DNA of 64,000 nucleotides, taken from Thermodesulfobacteriota bacterium (lineage in GTDB: Bacteria; Desulfobacterota_D; UBA1144; Nemesobacterales; Mycalebacteriaceae). Where the stretch lies: NCBI GenBank assembly GCA_965198945.1, contig CBDAQI010000001.1:256001-320000 (forward strand). Direction: 5' to 3'. A model generated the notes under the pieces. The model was not told the DNA's origin. It did not search any database and worked only from the letters and a program-made list of their open reading frames with translations. Made by a program: the position numbers and the translations under genes. Within the stretch, counting starts at the first letter, position 1; each line of letters starts with the position of its first letter. Shown here piece after piece: positions 60,250 through 64,000 of the stretch.

Positions 60250-60885
60250 TCAGAACCGCCTTATGAAGTTCAGTGTCAGTTTCCCGCTGATACTCCAACC
60301 CGCTTCAAAGAGCAGCGGCCCTTTGAAAAAACGCACAAGAGGCGTTATTTCAGTTTCGTTTTCATAATCCGTTCCCGGATAGTGAGCAGCTTCAAGCATC
60401 AGCCAAGTGTGCAGAGAGCCGAAGTCCGCAATATAGGGAGCGATTCCCACTCTTGCGGATTGCGTAAAAGAGTTTTCTTCCGGCCCGAGAGTGTTCACCC
60501 GGTTTTTATAGCTGACAAACAGCCGTCTGGTTTCCCAGTATGCCGCAAAGCCCGCCAGCCCGGCCGGCCTGATCTTGTCATTGTCAACGGCTCCGCCCGC
60601 TCCCCAGTTGAAGTATAAGTTTGCCTGAGACTCCAGTCCGTTAAACCTTTTCAGGAGCAGGTTTACCTGAAAAAGTCCGGCAAAAGCGTCTTCATAGCGG
60701 GCGTGAACCCCTCGCAGCCCTATTGAATAACTCGCCGAGGGGGAATAGTGCAGATGAACGGAGGTGTTGGCTCTGTTGTGCATCTCCATAAAAGTCCAGC
60801 CCCCGGGATATGAAACGGGTCTGCCAAGAGCCGTCTGTGATGACAGCAATACAAACGCAAATATGACTATTTTTCTTTTTAACAT
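60250..60885 (-). CDS. Exported hypothetical protein, likely small outer-membrane barrel
   Basis: Signal peptide, RPVSYPGGW, amphipathic strands, terminal NFIRRF. Confidence 0.7.
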   Translation of the reverse strand: MLKRKIVIFAFVLLSSQTALGRPVSYPGGWTFMEMHNRANTSVHLHYSPSASYSIGLRGVHARYEDAFAGLFQVNLLLKRFNGLESQANLYFNWGAGGAVDNDKIRPAGLAGFAAYWETRRLFVSYKNRVNTLGPEENSFTQSARVGIAPYIADFGSLHTWLMLEAAHYPGTDYENETEITPLVRFFKGPLLFEAGWSISGKLTLNFIRRF

Positions 60886-60888
60886 AAA

Positions 60889-60943
60889 ACCTCCGCTTGA
60901 AAATTAATTGCAGACCGCAAACAACGGACTGAAAAGCGGAGGT
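60889..60943 (-). promoter_or_regulatory. Hairpin sequestering the SD of gene 60250-60885
   Basis: On the mRNA ACCUCCGCUU pairs with AAGCGGAGGU (10/10); the GGAGG lies 4 nt before the ATG at 60885. Confidence 0.7.
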
Positions 60944-60944
60944 A

Positions 60945-61319
60945 TCAGACGAGTATGTGTTGTGTGATTAGATAGACCGGTTTTAATCGCCGGTTTTTCA
61001 AATTTGCGGATGGTTCGGTTTTAATTTCCGCCACCCCCGTTTTGTAGAGAACGGTGCGGGGCCGCATGTCCGCGGTTATAAAGTGTTCGGTTTTGCCTGT
61101 TTTTTTGTGTTCCGCAGATGCTTCCTGCAAGTCAAGGCATTCGGCAAAGGAGGAGTATCCGCAGTCATGATGTGACTGAGGCTGCGGGTAGTCGGCGCCG
61201 TGGTGATTATGTGTGTGAGCATCGGCAGCTCCGTCCGACATCGGGCAGGGCGAGGCGTTTGCAGCCGAAACACCAAATGCAAAAATCAGTATGTAAGCAA
61301 TAAAAAAACCGCGTAACAT
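60945..61319 (-). CDS. His/Cys-rich exported-type small protein, candidate metal-responsive leader
   Basis: Signal peptide, CPM, HTHNHHG, SHHDC...EC, C-terminal PVYLITQHILV. Confidence 0.6.
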   Translation of the reverse strand: MLRGFFIAYILIFAFGVSAANASPCPMSDGAADAHTHNHHGADYPQPQSHHDCGYSSFAECLDLQEASAEHKKTGKTEHFITADMRPRTVLYKTGVAEIKTEPSANLKNRRLKPVYLITQHILV

Positions 61320-61401
61320 CTCAGGCTGAAAAATAACACAGCCGACATCTTTTTCAAGAACTCTGTCTTCACTTTTTCAAAGATGTTGTTTATGGAATAT
61401 G

Positions 61402-61476
61402 CGCGCCCGAGAGGATTTGAACCTCTGACCCTTGGCTCCGGAGGCCAATGCTCTATCCGGACTGAGCTACGGGCGC
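61402..61476 (-). tRNA. tRNA-Arg(CCG), CCA not encoded
   Basis: GCGCCCG TAGCTCAGTCCGGATAGAGC A TTGGC CTCCGGA GCCAA GGGTC AGAGG TTCAAAT CCTCT CGGGCGC G folds into a full cloverleaf. Confidence 0.96.
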
Positions 61477-62267
61477 TTTGAGTTTTTTCCAATTTCCGCC
61501 ATGACGGCTTTCATATCTTCCCAGGCAGGTTTTTTGAAAGCCGGGTTTCTGAGAAGCGCGGCGGGGTGATATGTTACTATAAGTTTTGTTCCGCCGTAGT
61601 TGTGGAAAACTCCGCGCAGGGAACCGAGTGAGGGGTTTTGGAGCTTCAAAAGCGCCTTGGCCGCCACAAGGCCGAGGCACACTATAACCTCCGGTGAAAC
61701 CGACCTTATCTGCTTTATTAAAAAAGGCTCGCAACTGGAGACTTCTTCCGGCTCGGGATTTCGGTTTCCGGGCGGTCTGCATTTAACAACATTGCAGATA
61801 TACACTTCTTCCCTTTTCATGCCCATGGCGTTTATGATTTTATCCAGAAGTTTTCCGGCCCTGCCCACAAAGGGTCTTCCCTGTTCGTCTTCGTCTTTTC
61901 CCGGTCCCTCGCCCACAAAAACGATTTTTGCTTTTGGGTTACCCTCTCCGAAAACGATTGTTTTTCTCTCCGAATGAAGCTTGCACCTTTTACAGTCGCC
62001 CATTTCATCCTTGATTCCCCCAAGTCCGCCCGGGCTGTCCGACTCAAAAATGTCCGCCATCAGGGAGACCGAAATGGGAGAGGTTTTGCCGGACGCGGAT
62101 TCGGGCTGCTTTTTAGACGGTTTTGCATTTTGCTTAGCAGTTTTTGCCGCCGAAACGGGTGCGCTTTCCACTGCGGCCATTATCCTTCCGTTTCCCATCT
62201 GCGACTGAAACTCAAGATACGCCGTAAGGTCTCTTATCAGATCTTTTACTTCTTCGGTTTTACACAT
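61467..62267 (-). CDS. Family 4 uracil-DNA glycosylase
   Basis: CKRCKL, VGEGPG, PFVGRAG, NVVKCRPPGNR, TYHPAALLR. Confidence 0.93.
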   Translation of the reverse strand: MCKTEEVKDLIRDLTAYLEFQSQMGNGRIMAAVESAPVSAAKTAKQNAKPSKKQPESASGKTSPISVSLMADIFESDSPGGLGGIKDEMGDCKRCKLHSERKTIVFGEGNPKAKIVFVGEGPGKDEDEQGRPFVGRAGKLLDKIINAMGMKREEVYICNVVKCRPPGNRNPEPEEVSSCEPFLIKQIRSVSPEVIVCLGLVAAKALLKLQNPSLGSLRGVFHNYGGTKLIVTYHPAALLRNPAFKKPAWEDMKAVMAEIGKNSKRP

Positions 62268-62363
62268 CCGCCGTGCGTCCAGAGCATTTGAAAGACGCCC
62301 CCCGTTTATCTAAAATATACATCCCCGCAGGCGGATAATGAAATCACCGCCGTGAATGCCCCG

Positions 62364-64000
62364 ATGGAAAAAACCTACGACCCCAGAACAATTGAGAAAA
62401 AGTGGCAGAAGGAGTGGGAGGAATCTTCCGCACACAAAACAGACCCCGGTTCCGGCAAGCCCGGATTTTATGTTCTTGAGATGTTTCCGTATCCGTCCGG
62501 CAGGATACATATGGGCCATGTCCGCAACTATACGATGGGCGATGTAATCGCCCGCTACCGTAGAGCGCGCGGCTTTGAGGTTCTTCATCCGATCGGCTGG
62601 GACGCCTTCGGTCTGCCGGCGGAGAACGCGGCTATAGAAAACGGGACCAGTCCCGCAGAGTGGACAAAAAAAAATATCGCCCAGATGCGGACACAGCTTA
62701 AACGGCTGGGTTTTTCCTACGACTGGTCGCGGGAGATTGCCACCTGCGACCCCTCATACTATAAATGGGAGCAGTGGCTTTTTCTGAAAATGCTTGAGAA
62801 GGGTCTCGCTTATCGCAAAAAGACTTTTGTGAACTGGGATCCCAAAGACAAAACCGTTCTCGCCAATGAGCAGGTCATAGACGGAAGGGGCTGGCGTTCG
62901 GGGGCGGTTGTGGAGCGCAGAGAAATAAACCAGTGGTTTTTGCGAATAAGCGATTATTCGGATGAACTTCTGGAATCTCTCAAGGGTCTTGACCACTGGC
63001 CTGATTCGGTAAAAACAATGCAGTCAAACTGGATAGGGCGTTCCGAGGGTGTTGAAATTGAGTTTGATTGTGAAGCGTTAGGCTTCCCGATAGAGATTTT
63101 TACCACGAGACCCGACACGGTTGCGGGCGCCACCTTTCTTGCCGTTGCTCCGGAACATCCCGCGGCTCTCAAGGCCGCACGGAAAAACAGGTTGGTTGCG
63201 GATTTTATAAATGAGACCAAATCTCTTCCAGTTTCGGAAGCGGAAATGGAAACACTTGAGAAAAAAGGCCTGCCGCTCGGCATTTCCGCGGTGAATCCGG
63301 TTACGGGTGAAAAAATTCCCGTCTGGACGGCAAATTTCGTTCTTATGAGCTATGGCACCGGGGCCGTGATGTCCGTTCCCGCGCATGACGGGCGCGATTT
63401 TGATTTTGCAAAGAAATACAACCTTCCGGTAAAACAAGTGGTTTTTCCGGAAAACACGGATTGTGACATATCTGCGGGCGCTTATACGGGAAAGGGTGTC
63501 TTGAAAAACTCCGGAAGTTTTGATGGGCTGTCTTCTGACGAGGCTTTCTATTGCATGGCGGATTTTCTGAAAAACAACGGCAAAGGCGGAAGGGCGGTAA
63601 AATACCGCCTGAGGGATTGGGGAATTTCACGCCAGCGCTACTGGGGAACCCCGATTCCCGTTATCCACTGCGGAGACTGCGGAGCGGAGCCCGTTCCTGA
63701 AAAGGATTTGCCCGTGAAATTGCCCGAAGATGTGAGTTTCGGGGGAAATAAAATTCCTTCCCTTGCGGAGATTGAATCTTTTGTTTCCGTTTTGTGTCCG
63801 AAGTGTGGCGGAGAGGCAAAAAGAGACACGGACACAATGGACACTTTTGTTGAGTCTTCGTGGTATTTTCTCAGATATGCGTCTCCGGATTTTAGCGAGG
63901 CTATTTTTGACCGTGAAGCCGTAAAAAAATGGCTGCCCGTTAATCAATACATCGGAGGAGTTGAACACGCAATCCTTCATTTGCTTTATTCAAGATTTTT
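62364..64000 (+). CDS. leuS: Leucyl-tRNA synthetase, runs off the window
   Basis: Not in the ORF track; translated by hand: MEKTYDPRTIEKKWQ...YVLEMFPYPSGRIHMGHVRNY...GWDAFGLPAENAA...RDWGISRQRYWGTPIP...YIGGVEHAILHLLYSRF. Confidence 0.97.
   Translation, partial: MEKTYDPRTIEKKWQKEWEESSAHKTDPGSGKPGFYVLEMFPYPSGRIHMGHVRNYTMGDVIARYRRARGFEVLHPIGWDAFGLPAENAAIENGTSPAEWTKKNIAQMRTQLKRLGFSYDWSREIATCDPSYYKWEQWLFLKMLEKGLAYRKKTFVNWDPKDKTVLANEQVIDGRGWRSGAVVERREINQWFLRISDYSDELLESLKGLDHWPDSVKTMQSNWIGRSEGVEIEFDCEALGFPIEIFTTRPDTVAGATFLAVAPEHPAALKAARKNRLVADFINETKSLPVSEAEMETLEKKGLPLGISAVNPVTGEKIPVWTANFVLMSYGTGAVMSVPAHDGRDFDFAKKYNLPVKQVVFPENTDCDISAGAYTGKGVLKNSGSFDGLSSDEAFYCMADFLKNNGKGGRAVKYRLRDWGISRQRYWGTPIPVIHCGDCGAEPVPEKDLPVKLPEDVSFGGNKIPSLAEIESFVSVLCPKCGGEAKRDTDTMDTFVESSWYFLRYASPDFSEAIFDREAVKKWLPVNQYIGGVEHAILHLLYSRF

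Noticed and set aside
59423..61401. Metal operon downstream of tRNA-Arg as a tRNA-integrated island
   Set aside because: I found no duplicated tRNA 3' end and no integrase.

Overview
A gene-dense 64-kb stretch of a diderm bacterial chromosome with many abutting or overlapping genes. The taxon cannot be established from sequence alone. Most of it is housekeeping and metabolism: a BadI/MenB-like crotonase and an aldehyde dehydrogenase divergent from bioB-bioA-(ppk2-NUDIX)-bioF; yyaL, mnmG, htpX, uvrA, uppP; rhodanese-sufE-sufU; an FAD/Fe-S oxidoreductase; cofG-cofH-gdhA; tmk-holB-metG with four minor pilins; ilvD, coaBC; a Zur-controlled znuA/zur-znuCB locus; a heavy-metal operon; tRNA-Arg(CCG), udg and leuS. 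Accessory parts: (i) an AT-richer defence island (~15.0-25.6 kb) built on a type I R-M system in which all three hsd genes look lesioned and which is interleaved with NYN, Fic and unknown genes; (ii) a hicBA cassette bounded by a duplicated gdhA 3' end; (iii) a 1,849-aa autotransporter with ~22 tandem ~55-aa repeats; (iv) dRS3-like palindromic repeats. Best leads for undescribed biology: a promoter / ~75-nt hairpin RNA / U-tract unit directly upstream of the NYN RNase (RNA-antitoxin-like layout); a BadI-like, potentially pimeloyl-CoA-producing hydrolase beside the biotin genes; and a His/Cys-rich leader ORF coupled to an SD-sequestering hairpin in the metal operon. No CRISPR array, rRNA, integrase or transposase was seen. 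All functional calls come from motif recognition by eye, not database searches.
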